This document shows positions 1-8,454 of a stretch of DNA of 19,816 nt, piece by piece. The DNA is taken from contig JABCTC010000057.1 in NCBI GenBank assembly GCA_018238545.1, positions 1 through 19,816 on the forward strand, read 5' to 3'. Numbering within the stretch: the first letter of the stretch is position 1; every line of letters starts with the position of its first letter. The position numbers and the translations under genes were made by a program. Under the pieces are notes generated by a model. The model saw only the letters and a list, made by a program, of their open reading frames with translations, was not told the origin of the DNA and searched no databases. This DNA is from Candidatus Heimdallarchaeota archaeon (GTDB taxonomy: Archaea; Asgardarchaeota; Heimdallarchaeia; Heimdallarchaeales; Heimdallarchaeaceae).

Positions 1-114
1 GCATTTTAGGCTAATTCTTCTAAAGCTAACATGGAATAAGAATCAATAAGCGATTTTGGTCTACTACAGAAGAGATTACCTTAATGATAAGTGGTTAAGA
101 AGAATAGTTCATTT
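1..114. repeat. Non-coding direct repeat, copy 1 (probably continues left of the window)
   Basis: Aligns to 2172-2285; positions 14-104 vs 2184-2274 show 9 mismatches in 91 nt by manual count. Confidence 0.93.
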
Positions 115-121
115 AATATTA

Positions 122-146
122 ACCAAAGAGAAGAAAAGAGAAGAAA
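122..146 (-). terminator. Pyrimidine/T-rich terminator candidate after the 660-aa gene
   Basis: Minus strand TTTCTTCTCTTTTCTTCTCTTTGGT directly follows the TAA at 147-149; archaeal terminators are typically oligo-U/pyrimidine tracts. Confidence 0.5.
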
Positions 147-2129
147 TTATCTTCTTTTTTTAATCCACAGGATTACCATAACCATTGATAATTGAGTAAA
201 GAGCAGAATAAAACCATAAGAAGCTAAGAACTCAGAAATGACAGGAGTTCCTAATGGAAAAGGATCTACCGAACCTGCTAAGCCTATTATCAGATATTCT
301 CCTCCGGTCCAATCGCTCCACCAGTTGCCTTCACTAGTTGTTATATCATACCAGACATTTCCTGTTCCTTCATCTCTAGCTTGAAAGGCAGTATTGTATA
401 CTAAATGGTTATGGTGTATGATATTGCTATAAGAACCAATACTAAGATACAATCCACAGTGATTTTGAGTTAAGTAATTATAATTTATTAGAGATTGGTT
501 TGATTCAGTAAATCGTATTCCCGTAGAACTAAAGCTGCAGTTGTTCCCATACAAAGTAGAATTAGTACTTCTCCATATTTCTATTCCATCATGTCTATTA
601 TAATAATTAGTGTTGTTAGATATAGAGACCTCACTTGAATAAAAAACTAATATCCCAGTAGAACAGTTTCTACAGATATTGTCTCCAATAATTGTATTCC
701 CATCTGTAAACAAAGCAGTTATTCCTTCCCAATACATTTCCTCGCAGAAGTTACTTAATATTTCACATGAATTTGAATATTGAACATGGATTCCACCATA
801 AAAACTATTATTACAATAATTCTGAGAAATCAATGATGATGACGCATTATCAAGATAGATACCATAGTCATCGTTGTTAATCAAAGAATTGTTGTGAATT
901 GTAGCCGTACCATTTAAGAGGTTTATTAGGGATATTCCTGTTCCACTGCTACTTATAGTGCAGTTTTGTATGATAAAATGTTTTGTAGTCCCTTTAACTG
1001 ATATTCCAATTAGATTATTTGTATCAATTACAAGATCTTCAAGGATATAAGGTTGCATCTCTGTTCCATCACCTTCGAGATTCAAGGTTTCAAATCCAAC
1101 ATCAGAATGAATCTGTATAAAATCAAGATTGTCCAAATTGACAAATGGATACATATCATAGGATCCTGCTGATCCATCAATGTAGTAATATCCTCCAGTC
1201 CAATCACTCCACAGGTTACCTTCAAATGTGATATTGTCATACCAGATGTTTCCTGTTCCCTCATCAAATCCTTGGGATGAAGTTCCCCCATTATCAATAA
1301 TATCATTATGATGTATAGTATTATTTATTGAATCAGATTCTAAGCTAATACCATAAATAGATGTAGCTAGAACCTCATTTGAGATGATACTTATATTAAC
1401 TCCGCTAATAACTCTTATACCATCAAAAATATTACTATAACAATAATTATCTTTGACAATGCTGTTTTCACCAAACCAAGTAGAAATTCCCCAGTTATTA
1501 TAATTGCAAATATTATTTTCAATTAAGAGATTAACTGAAGTTGATGTAGAAATGCCACTAGCAAGGTTACTCTTGCAAGTATTGTTGTAAATTGAGCTGT
1601 AATTTGAATCATGAACATCTATACCATCTTGATGATTGTATTGAACAGTATTATTGAACATTTCACAGCCTGGATAACGATAGATTAGTATTCCTTCCGA
1701 ATCATGGTTAACGATCACATTATTGTAAATTGTAAGTTTACCAGAATAAGTACCAAGGATATAAATCCCCCAATTTTCAGCATCAATGTAACAATTTCTT
1801 ATGATAAAACTAACCGAAGTATCTTGGATATAAATACCAATCGGGTTTGTATTTTCTATTTTATAATTCTCTATAACATAAGGGTCAGATTCAGAACCAT
1901 TTCCAGTAACTATACCATTAAGTGGGTCTAAATCAACATCAGTATCCCCAATAATGGATATAGAACCACGCTCAATATAATCGAAAGAAAAGGCAGTATT
2001 CTCATCAGATACTTGGGCATAAACTCCAGAAAATATCAAATTCAAATTGGAGCTTACGAATAGAGATAATATAACAAACAAACCCAAAGATATTAATTTA
2101 TTATTTTTTCTAAAAAACATCCTCCACAT
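147..2129 (-). CDS. Cell-surface right-handed parallel beta-helix protein (NosD/CASH-like) with two tandem modules, signal peptide and C-terminal membrane anchor
   Basis: Many GI-x-I/L...N..I.NN....N repeats. Each module opens with G.G...[D/Q]PY.[I/L]E and closes with DEGTGN.WYD..T.EGN.WSDWTGG.Y.I.G.AGS.D..P. Basic plus hydrophobic N-terminus; ends PVISEF + hydrophobic stretch + KKRR. Confidence 0.9.
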   Translation of the reverse strand: MWRMFFRKNNKLISLGLFVILSLFVSSNLNLIFSGVYAQVSDENTAFSFDYIERGSISIIGDTDVDLDPLNGIVTGNGSESDPYVIENYKIENTNPIGIYIQDTSVSFIIRNCYIDAENWGIYILGTYSGKLTIYNNVIVNHDSEGILIYRYPGCEMFNNTVQYNHQDGIDVHDSNYSSIYNNTCKSNLASGISTSTSVNLLIENNICNYNNWGISTWFGENSIVKDNYCYSNIFDGIRVISGVNISIISNEVLATSIYGISLESDSINNTIHHNDIIDNGGTSSQGFDEGTGNIWYDNITFEGNLWSDWTGGYYYIDGSAGSYDMYPFVNLDNLDFIQIHSDVGFETLNLEGDGTEMQPYILEDLVIDTNNLIGISVKGTTKHFIIQNCTISSSGTGISLINLLNGTATIHNNSLINNDDYGIYLDNASSSLISQNYCNNSFYGGIHVQYSNSCEILSNFCEEMYWEGITALFTDGNTIIGDNICRNCSTGILVFYSSEVSISNNTNYYNRHDGIEIWRSTNSTLYGNNCSFSSTGIRFTESNQSLINYNYLTQNHCGLYLSIGSYSNIIHHNHLVYNTAFQARDEGTGNVWYDITTSEGNWWSDWTGGEYLIIGLAGSVDPFPLGTPVISEFLASYGFILLFTQLSMVMVILWIKKRR

Positions 2130-2153
2130 ACTATTATATTAAAATAAACTTCA

Positions 2154-2165
2154 ATATAAGCATTT
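2154..2165 (-). promoter_or_regulatory. BRE/TATA-like promoter of the 660-aa gene
   Basis: AAATGCTTATAT ends 25 nt upstream of the ATG at 2129; similar boxes occur before several other genes in the window. Confidence 0.6.
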
Positions 2166-2171
2166 ACATTT

Positions 2172-2285
2172 GCATTATAGGATATTCTTCTAAAGTTAAT
2201 ATGGAATAAGAATCAATAAGCAATTTTGGTTTACTACAGAAGAGATTGTTTTACTGATAAGTAGTTAAGAAGAAATAGTTCATTT
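2172..2285. repeat. Non-coding direct repeat, copy 2
   Basis: About 90% identical to 1-114 with small indels; lies immediately upstream of the TATA box of the 660-aa gene. Confidence 0.93.
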
Positions 2286-3125
2286 GTTTATTACACGCTT
2301 TCTAGTTATCAAAAATAGGGGAATTAGTTTAGACCGAGTATAATTACAATTATTTGCATGTCAGTGTTATTACTGGGTTCTGCAAAAAACTGGAGGGCTC
2401 AATAATTCATTTTGAGGAAAAGGATCGCTAGCACCAGATTCACCTCCAATTGAATAACTTCCTGTTCCTGACCAAGAATCCCAATAGTTACCTTCAAGTG
2501 TTTCAGTATCATACCAAATGTTAGCTGTTCCATGATCACACGCTTGTGATGCAATATCAAAAACACATCCAAGATTATTAGCTACAAAGTTATTATGATG
2601 AATGATATTCTCATCACAATCGGAATCTAAGAATACTCCAAACCACTCATCTTCTTCTAGAAGATTATAAGTAACGACACAGAAATCAGAATTCTCAAGA
2701 AAGATACCTATGCGGTTATCGTTGCAATTGTTGTTTAATATAGTTGCTGTACCATCAGCTACATGATCGATATAGATGCCAGAATAGTTTGTGTTAACAT
2801 AGCAGTTGTAAACAATGAAATATTTCGTTGTATCAGTAATATATATTCCAGATGTGATAGTTGTTGATATCCTATATCCCGTGATTAGATAAGGATCTTT
2901 TTCTGTACCAGATCCAGGAAAATTATACTTTGAAGAACCAAAATCGCTATCACAAAGAATTCTTATTGGTTCATGTGGTATCAAAGAGAAACTATCTTGA
3001 TATTCATGTGAACTACTAGCAGATTTAGTATTCATTATCGGTGATATACTTAATCCTAATAGCATTATTAAAATACAGAAAAATGCTCTGAAAGAAGTAT
3101 TCAATGGGCTTGATAATCTCTTCAT
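2280..3125 (-). CDS. Single-module parallel beta-helix surface protein. ORF as given stops at 2370; the membrane anchor is encoded out of frame down to TGA at 2280
   Basis: Same opening (GSGTEKDPYLI) and closing (DHGTANIWYDTETLEGNYWDSWSG.GSY.IGG..GASDPFP) motifs as the 660-aa paralog. Removing one T from the T6 run at 2384-2389 gives AEPSNNTDMQIIVIILGL, and the original frame then resumes LIPLFLITRKRVINK-stop. Confidence 0.82.
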
Positions 3126-3378
3126 GTTTTTGACCTAGATGCAAATGACTAGTACTTGATTCAATACATTTTGTTTTATTTATTTCTTTCTCTAAATATA
3201 TACCCAGTTTTAATTAGTTTAAAGCGTGGTCTAAATCAAAAAAATATTTTTTGAAATAAAAAAAAAATTCAACATAGTAAAATAAAGTTTAGATGAGTAA
3301 GGCATGGACTTCTTCATCATGAAACTAATAGTATTGACTATTGGAGCAAAATACCTTCTTATGATCTAGGAAAAAATT

Positions 3379-4134
3379 TCATTTATTTTTATTTTTCTCA
3401 TACACAAGTATCCCAACAATATATATTACAGCACTAATAGCGAGAAGTATTCCCAGTAGCATCCAAATATACGAGTCAGTTAAAGAAACTCCAGCAAAAA
3501 TATAGCCTAAACCTTCAGTAGCATAGAAGCTCGGAAATATCCATTTAAATGAATCTGCCCCAATAAATGCTGGAGGAATAAAGGTGGCAAATAATTGTTG
3601 TGGCACGATAAAAATAAAAGCTAATCCACCTGCAGCACCTGCACTTTTTGCAAATTGAGCAGTAATCAGTCCAAACCCTACAGAGCTAAATGTGAGAAGC
3701 ACCAAAAAAACAATCACCAATAAATATCCCGCAGCTGTTGCTAATGGTCTATATCCTACAAGAAGAGCTACACCAAATCCTAGAAACATTTGGATAAGTG
3801 GTTTAATAGTATAGGAAATCAACTGACTAAGGATATATTCAACAGAAGTTAATGGAGTTGTATTGACCCTTTGTTGTATACCTGAAGCACGTTCACCGGC
3901 AACTGATGCTGCGACGTCATATATTGTCATTAAACAGGCATATGCTAGAAATCCTGGAAGCATTATTTCAAATATGGTATATTCAGAACTCCATCCATAG
4001 TTAGAGCCCATAGTTAACCCGAAAATTAGAATTAGCACTGGTACTAACAATACTGTGAACACTAAAACAACTGGGTCTCTTAGTAATCTTAACATCTCCA
4101 TCTTAACAATGGTAAGAACTCTTTTTGTTTTCAT
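3379..4134 (-). CDS. ABC-2 type exporter permease
   Basis: About six hydrophobic segments; E...LLRDP near the N-terminus; ER.SG...R..TTP motif; 2 nt downstream of the ATPase gene. Confidence 0.92.
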   Translation of the reverse strand: MKTKRVLTIVKMEMLRLLRDPVVLVFTVLLVPVLILIFGLTMGSNYGWSSEYTIFEIMLPGFLAYACLMTIYDVAASVAGERASGIQQRVNTTPLTSVEYILSQLISYTIKPLIQMFLGFGVALLVGYRPLATAAGYLLVIVFLVLLTFSSVGFGLITAQFAKSAGAAGGLAFIFIVPQQLFATFIPPAFIGADSFKWIFPSFYATEGLGYIFAGVSLTDSYIWMLLGILLAISAVIYIVGILVYEKNKNK

Positions 4135-4136
4135 AA

Positions 4137-4952
4137 TTAAATCCCCTCCACAATTCTTCTACCAGTAATCTTCATAAAAACCTCTTCCAAATTTGTAACT
4201 TCATACTCTTCAATTAATTTTTTTGGAGGTCCAATTGCGATTACTTTTCCATAATCAATGATTGCTACTCTATCACAAAGCGCTTCTGCTTCTTCGATAT
4301 AATGGGTGGTTAAAATAACAGTTCTATTTTGTCTTCTTATGGAACCAAGAAACTCCCAAACCTTTCGACGAGCTCGAGGATCCATTCCGACTGTTGGCTC
4401 ATCTAGAAATAGTATGTCGGGCTCGTTGATCAAAGCAATGATGAGACTTAGTTGTCTTAACATACCTCCACTATATCTTTTTGTTTTCCGTTTCCGGTCA
4501 TCATATAATCCTAACAATTTTAACAGTTCTTCTGCCCGTTCCAATATCTCTTTTTTCGACATTAAGTGTAAATTGCCGAAAAACTGAATGTTCTCAATGC
4601 CAGTAAGGAATGTATATACGGACGGTTCTTGTGGGCACACACTTATTATTTCTTTAATCTCCTTAAGATCTGTTCTTACATTATATCCCCCAACAACTGC
4701 TGTGCCTTCAGTTGGTGAAACTGCACCCGTTAGAATGTTAATAGTGGTTGTTTTGCCAGCGCCATTTGATCCTAGAAGACCGAAAAATTCTCCGTGTTCA
4801 ACATGAAATGTGACACCATCAACAGCCTTGACGCTTTCAATTTTTCTCTTACCCTTGAAGTGTTTCTTAAGATTCTTTACTTCAATGGAAATAAAGCTAT
4901 CAGGTGCATTTATTTTGATATCTGAATTTTTATTTTCTTTAGTTGATAACAT
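4137..4952 (-). CDS. ABC exporter ATP-binding subunit (DrrA/NodI-like)
   Basis: Walker A GSNGAGKTT, Q-loop CPQ, signature YSGGM, Walker B LFLDEP, H-loop TTHY. Start moved from GTG 4961 to ATG 4952 because AGGTG precedes it at RBS distance. Confidence 0.95.
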   Translation of the reverse strand: MLSTKENKNSDIKINAPDSFISIEVKNLKKHFKGKRKIESVKAVDGVTFHVEHGEFFGLLGSNGAGKTTTINILTGAVSPTEGTAVVGGYNVRTDLKEIKEIISVCPQEPSVYTFLTGIENIQFFGNLHLMSKKEILERAEELLKLLGLYDDRKRKTKRYSGGMLRQLSLIIALINEPDILFLDEPTVGMDPRARRKVWEFLGSIRRQNRTVILTTHYIEEAEALCDRVAIIDYGKVIAIGPPKKLIEEYEVTNLEEVFMKITGRRIVEGI

Positions 4953-5088
4953 TATGGGCACCTAGTTAAGTATAGTTCTTTTTATTCATTTTTAAATTCT
5001 TAGTGAATAATTATGTTCAATTTAAAAAATACTATTAATATTTAGAGATTAAATTTGTAAAAAGTAAAGTGATATGATTTTATCAGAT

Positions 5089-5712
5089 CTAGAGTTTCTT
5101 TGCAACAATGAAATGAATAAGAGGATTAGATTGGATTTTTTCAGTTTCGACGATTTGAAAGTTACATTCTATAATCAAATTTTCTAATTCTGAAGACTTA
5201 AGATTGTAAAGATTTGGAACAATCCCCATTTTACTGATTAAGTTGAATAAAATGCTCAATAATGATTTTTTTTCAGCTAAACAAACTGTTTCTGAGATGA
5301 AGAAACCTCCTGGTTTCAATAGTTCATTTATTCTCTTCAATGTCTTCCGTTCATCTTCTACAAGATGTAAAACATTGAATGCTGTAATAACATTGAAAGA
5401 CTCATCCTCTAACTTCTCATCAAAAATAGTTGATTGAGCATAGTCTATATTTTTAATGTTATCTTCCTCTGCATTTCGTCTTGCAACATCAATCATTTTC
5501 GAAGAGATGTCAATCCCTAGAATCTTTTTAACATGTTTCGTAAACTGATTAGTCATTAATCCAGAACCACAACCATAATCTAGAACTATATCACTTTGTT
5601 TAAGATAAGATTTAGTTTTATCAACTGCTCTGTTATAAACTGGTTCAGATCTCTTCTCTTGGTTTACGTAACCTTTTGCTCTTTTATCCCAGAATTTCTC
5701 TGCCTTATTCAT
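5089..5712 (-). CDS. Class I SAM-dependent methyltransferase
   Basis: FWD..A..Y N-terminus, motif I VLDYGCGSG, GIDISSKMI, FNVITAFNVLH, LLKPGG. ATG 5712 is preceded by GGAG and is preferred over TTG 5727. Confidence 0.92.
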   Translation of the reverse strand: MNKAEKFWDKRAKGYVNQEKRSEPVYNRAVDKTKSYLKQSDIVLDYGCGSGLMTNQFTKHVKKILGIDISSKMIDVARRNAEEDNIKNIDYAQSTIFDEKLEDESFNVITAFNVLHLVEDERKTLKRINELLKPGGFFISETVCLAEKKSLLSILFNLISKMGIVPNLYNLKSSELENLIIECNFQIVETEKIQSNPLIHFIVAKKL

Positions 5713-5760
5713 TTTTTGAATCTCCAAGACTTTAATTGGAATTTATCCTCTTTAGCTATG

Positions 5761-5832
5761 TTATATGACAATTATGGCTACATTGCCTTTTTTATGTCCT
5801 TTATCTACATTTCTATGAGCTTCCACTATTTG
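5761..5832 (-). pseudogene. 3-prime relic (23 codons + stop) of an MDR-family oxidoreductase gene
   Basis: Translates [23 protein letters not shown]-stop, 18/23 identical to the C-terminus of 6879..7802 ([23 protein letters not shown]-stop); 55/72 nt identical to 7731-7802. Confidence 0.88.
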
Positions 5833-5834
5833 GA

Positions 5835-6659
5835 TTAGTATCTCCTTCGTACAATGAAACGAAATTCATGAGAACCAGTTTCTTCTGCGGATATAAGTTC
5901 TTGATTAGTTACTGTAGCCCAAGCTGGAATATCTTTCTTACTACCTGGATCAGTTGTTAAGATTTCCAACACTTGCCCAACTTTTAGCATCATAATTGCC
6001 TTTTTGGATTTTAAGACAGGGATAGGACAGCTTTCATTACGTGCATCAATGGTATGATGTACCTCATCTACATATGTTTCATCAGAGCTAAATCTATCTC
6101 CAACCCCTTCAAGAGATACGGTTTTGTTCTCCTCTAGAGGGTAATTTGGATCCAATTCAGTAGTAGTAGGATAACCTTTTCTATCCCAATCATCAATTCC
6201 AGCTTTTAAGCTCTTAACATCTTTAAATCCTGCTTTGACCATAATTTCTGCAGCTACTAGAGACATTCCTCCTCCTGGACATATTGTAACAATTTCTTTT
6301 TCCTTGAAAGAGGAAAGATTCCCTAAATTGGGTGCCAACTGCATTATTGGGATAGACATAGAATCTTGAATATGGCCATATTTTCTCCAAGATCCTTCAG
6401 CACCATAAAATTCTACTCTATCTCTAGTATCAATTAAAATTGGAGTTTCACTAGAATTAATTCTATCATGTAACTTGTCAGCAGTAATTTCTGATACTCC
6501 TGGAAGAAACCATTTAGTTCTGAAGAGAGTAAACAAAAATAGTTTCAAAAATTTTAATGTTATCCTAAACTTGCCAATTTTAACTTCCTTTATTTTATTC
6601 TCATCTTCCATTTCGTTCACCATATTTCTCGAAATAACCTGATTTGGATACACAACCAT
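5835..6659 (-). CDS. Rhodanese domain fused to a C-terminal TusA/SirA-like sulfur carrier domain
   Basis: Rhodanese motifs LIDTR...EF, GHI..S.SIP, active-site loop ICPGGGMS, GF.DV.SL.AGI..W...GYP. TusA motifs IDAR...CPIPV, GQVLEILTTDPGS..DIPAW. True start may be ATG 6611 (GGTGA 5 nt upstream). Confidence 0.92.
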   Translation of the reverse strand: MVVYPNQVISRNMVNEMEDENKIKEVKIGKFRITLKFLKLFLFTLFRTKWFLPGVSEITADKLHDRINSSETPILIDTRDRVEFYGAEGSWRKYGHIQDSMSIPIMQLAPNLGNLSSFKEKEIVTICPGGGMSLVAAEIMVKAGFKDVKSLKAGIDDWDRKGYPTTTELDPNYPLEENKTVSLEGVGDRFSSDETYVDEVHHTIDARNESCPIPVLKSKKAIMMLKVGQVLEILTTDPGSKKDIPAWATVTNQELISAEETGSHEFRFIVRRRY

Positions 6660-6715
6660 CCCGGAAACTTATTGTAGATATGTAATAATTCTTAACAACA
6701 CGCTATGTTATAAGA

Positions 6716-6729
6716 ATTTAAGCATTTTT
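6716..6729 (-). promoter_or_regulatory. BRE/TATA-like promoter of the rhodanese-TusA gene
   Basis: AAAAATGCTTAAAT, near-identical to the box at 2154-2165. Confidence 0.5.
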
Positions 6730-6843
6730 CCACTATTAGGACTTTTAACAAAAGGATAGATGAAGTAAATTTGAGCATAAAAGCTAAGATAGTCGAATTA
6801 AGTAGTCTTTAAAGACAGCCTACATTATTCTTATGGACTTTAA

Positions 6844-6871
6844 GAAATATTTATATCACATATTCTGGAGG
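6844..6871 (+). promoter_or_regulatory. BRE/TATA box and RBS of the MDR gene
   Basis: GAAATATTTATAT at 6844-6856 and GGAGG at 6867-6871 before ATG 6879. Confidence 0.6.
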
Positions 6872-6878
6872 AAAATAT

Positions 6879-7802
6879 ATGAAAGCGATAGTATATGAAA
6901 AATATGGTCCTCCGGAAGTTCTTCAGCTAAAAGAAATAGAAAAACCTACTCCCAAGGATAATGAAGTACTGATTAGAGTATATGCCTCAACAGTACATGC
7001 AGGGGACGTGAGAATGAGAAGTTTCACAGTTCCGCCTCAAGAATGGCTCCTTGCACGGTTATTTCTAGGTATTAGAAAACCAAAGAGAAGCATTTTAGGA
7101 ATGGAGTTAGCTGGGGAAATAGAATCAGTAGGTAAAGATGTAAAACAATTTAAAAAAGGTGATCAAGTTTTTGCATCTACTTTATGGTCGAATTTTGGTG
7201 GTTATGCTGAATACAATTGTATGCCTGAAGACAAGGTAATAGGCATAAAACCAGCTAATATGACATTTGATGAAGCAGCTACTATTCCTAATTCTGGAAT
7301 TACTGTATTGAAGATTCTTCGTAAAGCAAATATCCAGAGCGGAAATAAAGTCCTAATCTATGGTGCTTCAGGAAGTACTGGAATTACTGCAGTACAGATA
7401 GCCAAGTCCCTTGGAGCAGAGGTTACAGGGGTTTGTAGTACAAGAAATGTAGAAATGGTGAAATCATATGGAGCTGATAAGGTCATTGATTACACCAAAG
7501 AGGACTTTACACAAAGCGGTGAGACATATGATGTTGTTTTTGATGCAGTAGGTAAGATGGAAAAGAGTATCAAAAAATCACTAAAGAAGACAGTAACCTT
7601 TCTTGATGTTCACAAGGATAGTGGAGGAATGGATAAAGCTTCGAAAGTAAGAGAAGATTTAGTTCTCCTCAAAGAGCTATGCGAAGCAGGAAAATTCAAA
7701 GCGGTTATAGATAGAAGCTTTCCTTTGGAACAAATAGTTGAGGCACACAAATATGTTGAAAAAGGACACAAAAAGGGAAATGTAGTAATTATTGTTGAAT
7801 AA
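6879..7802 (+). CDS. Medium-chain dehydrogenase/reductase (zinc-independent NAD(P)-dependent quinone oxidoreductase-like)
   Basis: [70 protein letters not shown]. No structural zinc cysteine cluster. Confidence 0.93.
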   Translation: MKAIVYEKYGPPEVLQLKEIEKPTPKDNEVLIRVYASTVHAGDVRMRSFTVPPQEWLLARLFLGIRKPKRSILGMELAGEIESVGKDVKQFKKGDQVFASTLWSNFGGYAEYNCMPEDKVIGIKPANMTFDEAATIPNSGITVLKILRKANIQSGNKVLIYGASGSTGITAVQIAKSLGAEVTGVCSTRNVEMVKSYGADKVIDYTKEDFTQSGETYDVVFDAVGKMEKSIKKSLKKTVTFLDVHKDSGGMDKASKVREDLVLLKELCEAGKFKAVIDRSFPLEQIVEAHKYVEKGHKKGNVVIIVE

Positions 7803-7844
7803 TGTTATCACTACATCATCTTCAACTTTTTTCCTATTTTAAAA

Positions 7845-8267
7845 TTAAAAAGATAAATGGCATTCTTCCCTGATAGTGCAAGATGGGCATTTTATCCTTA
7901 CTATATGAAGATAATTTCCAACCAAAGAAGCAATAAAGACAACTAAAGCTATTATTGCTAAATAAGAGAAATTTGTAAAGAATGAAATGATAATTAGTAC
8001 GATACGTAATAACCATATTAATAACATCAGCCACACCCAGTTTTTTTGACCTACATGCATATGTAAGAGCGTTTTACTCCATTTTTCTATGGATTGTAGT
8101 TTCTCAGTAGTCTTCAGTTGCTTTTTATCTATTGCAGTATCTTTAACTTTGAAATAACAGTATTTACAAATCGTTAATGGCATTATCAAAAAGTAATACA
8201 ATAGAGAATATACTAAATACCCCAAGGCAGCCCATAAATTGAAATAGTATATTCCCCAGGTTCCAGC
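7845..8267 (-). pseudogene. 5-prime-truncated membrane protein with two Cys motifs (CKYC; CPSC-x5-C)
   Basis: The frame is open from 8267 (AGTWGIYYFNLWAALGYLVY...) but is blocked by TAG at 8268-8270, with no convincing start or RBS. The TTG at 8225 lies inside a hydrophobic helix. Confidence 0.65.
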
Positions 8268-8454
8268 CTACTCCTGTGGGATTTGTCGGATCAGAAACAT
8301 CGTCTATCTCAATAGCAGCATAGAGACCGCTAATTACATACGCGTATGAACCACTGATTGCAACTGATTTCACAGAAGGATAGTTCAAAGATTTATTGAT
8401 ATACCTCCCTACAAATTCTAAGTTACTAGGATCACTGCAATCAAAAATTCTCAT
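8265..8454 (-). pseudogene. Internal fragment of an LVIVD-repeat (beta-propeller) surface protein, about 1.5 repeats
   Basis: RIFDCSDPSNLEFVGRY and SVAISGSYAYV...IEIDDVSDPTNPTGVG match the LVIVD repeat pattern. The remainder of ORF 8164..8454 is out-of-frame read-through of the neighbouring fragment. Confidence 0.8.

Noticed and set aside
304-1265. Similar ~70-nt segments at about 304-374 and 1194-1265 as a diversity-generating retroelement TR/VR pair
   Set aside because: Both are coding C-caps of the two protein modules, the differences are not adenine-specific, and there is no reverse transcriptase in the window.
1-2285. The 115-bp repeats as a CRISPR array or insertion-sequence ends
   Set aside because: Only two long direct copies 2.17 kb apart, no spacer periodicity, no cas or transposase gene.
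3290-3375. Possible coding relic (…FHDEEVHALLI-stop) behind the permease gene
   Set aside because: Too short, contains an internal stop, and has no matching paralog in the window.
3379-4952. ABC pair as the cognate transporter of the family-5 binding protein
   Set aside because: It is an ABC-2 exporter type, 12 kb away, and not an Opp/Dpp importer.
8268-8300. TAG read-through (pyrrolysine) extending the Cys-motif membrane protein
   Set aside because: The upstream sequence is explained by the LVIVD frame, the extension is not protein-like, and other genes here use TAG as a normal stop.
8164-8454. 96-aa ORF as a genuine LVIVD membrane protein
   Set aside because: Its last ~35 residues are an off-frame reading of the adjacent membrane-protein fragment, and 1.5 repeats cannot form a propeller.
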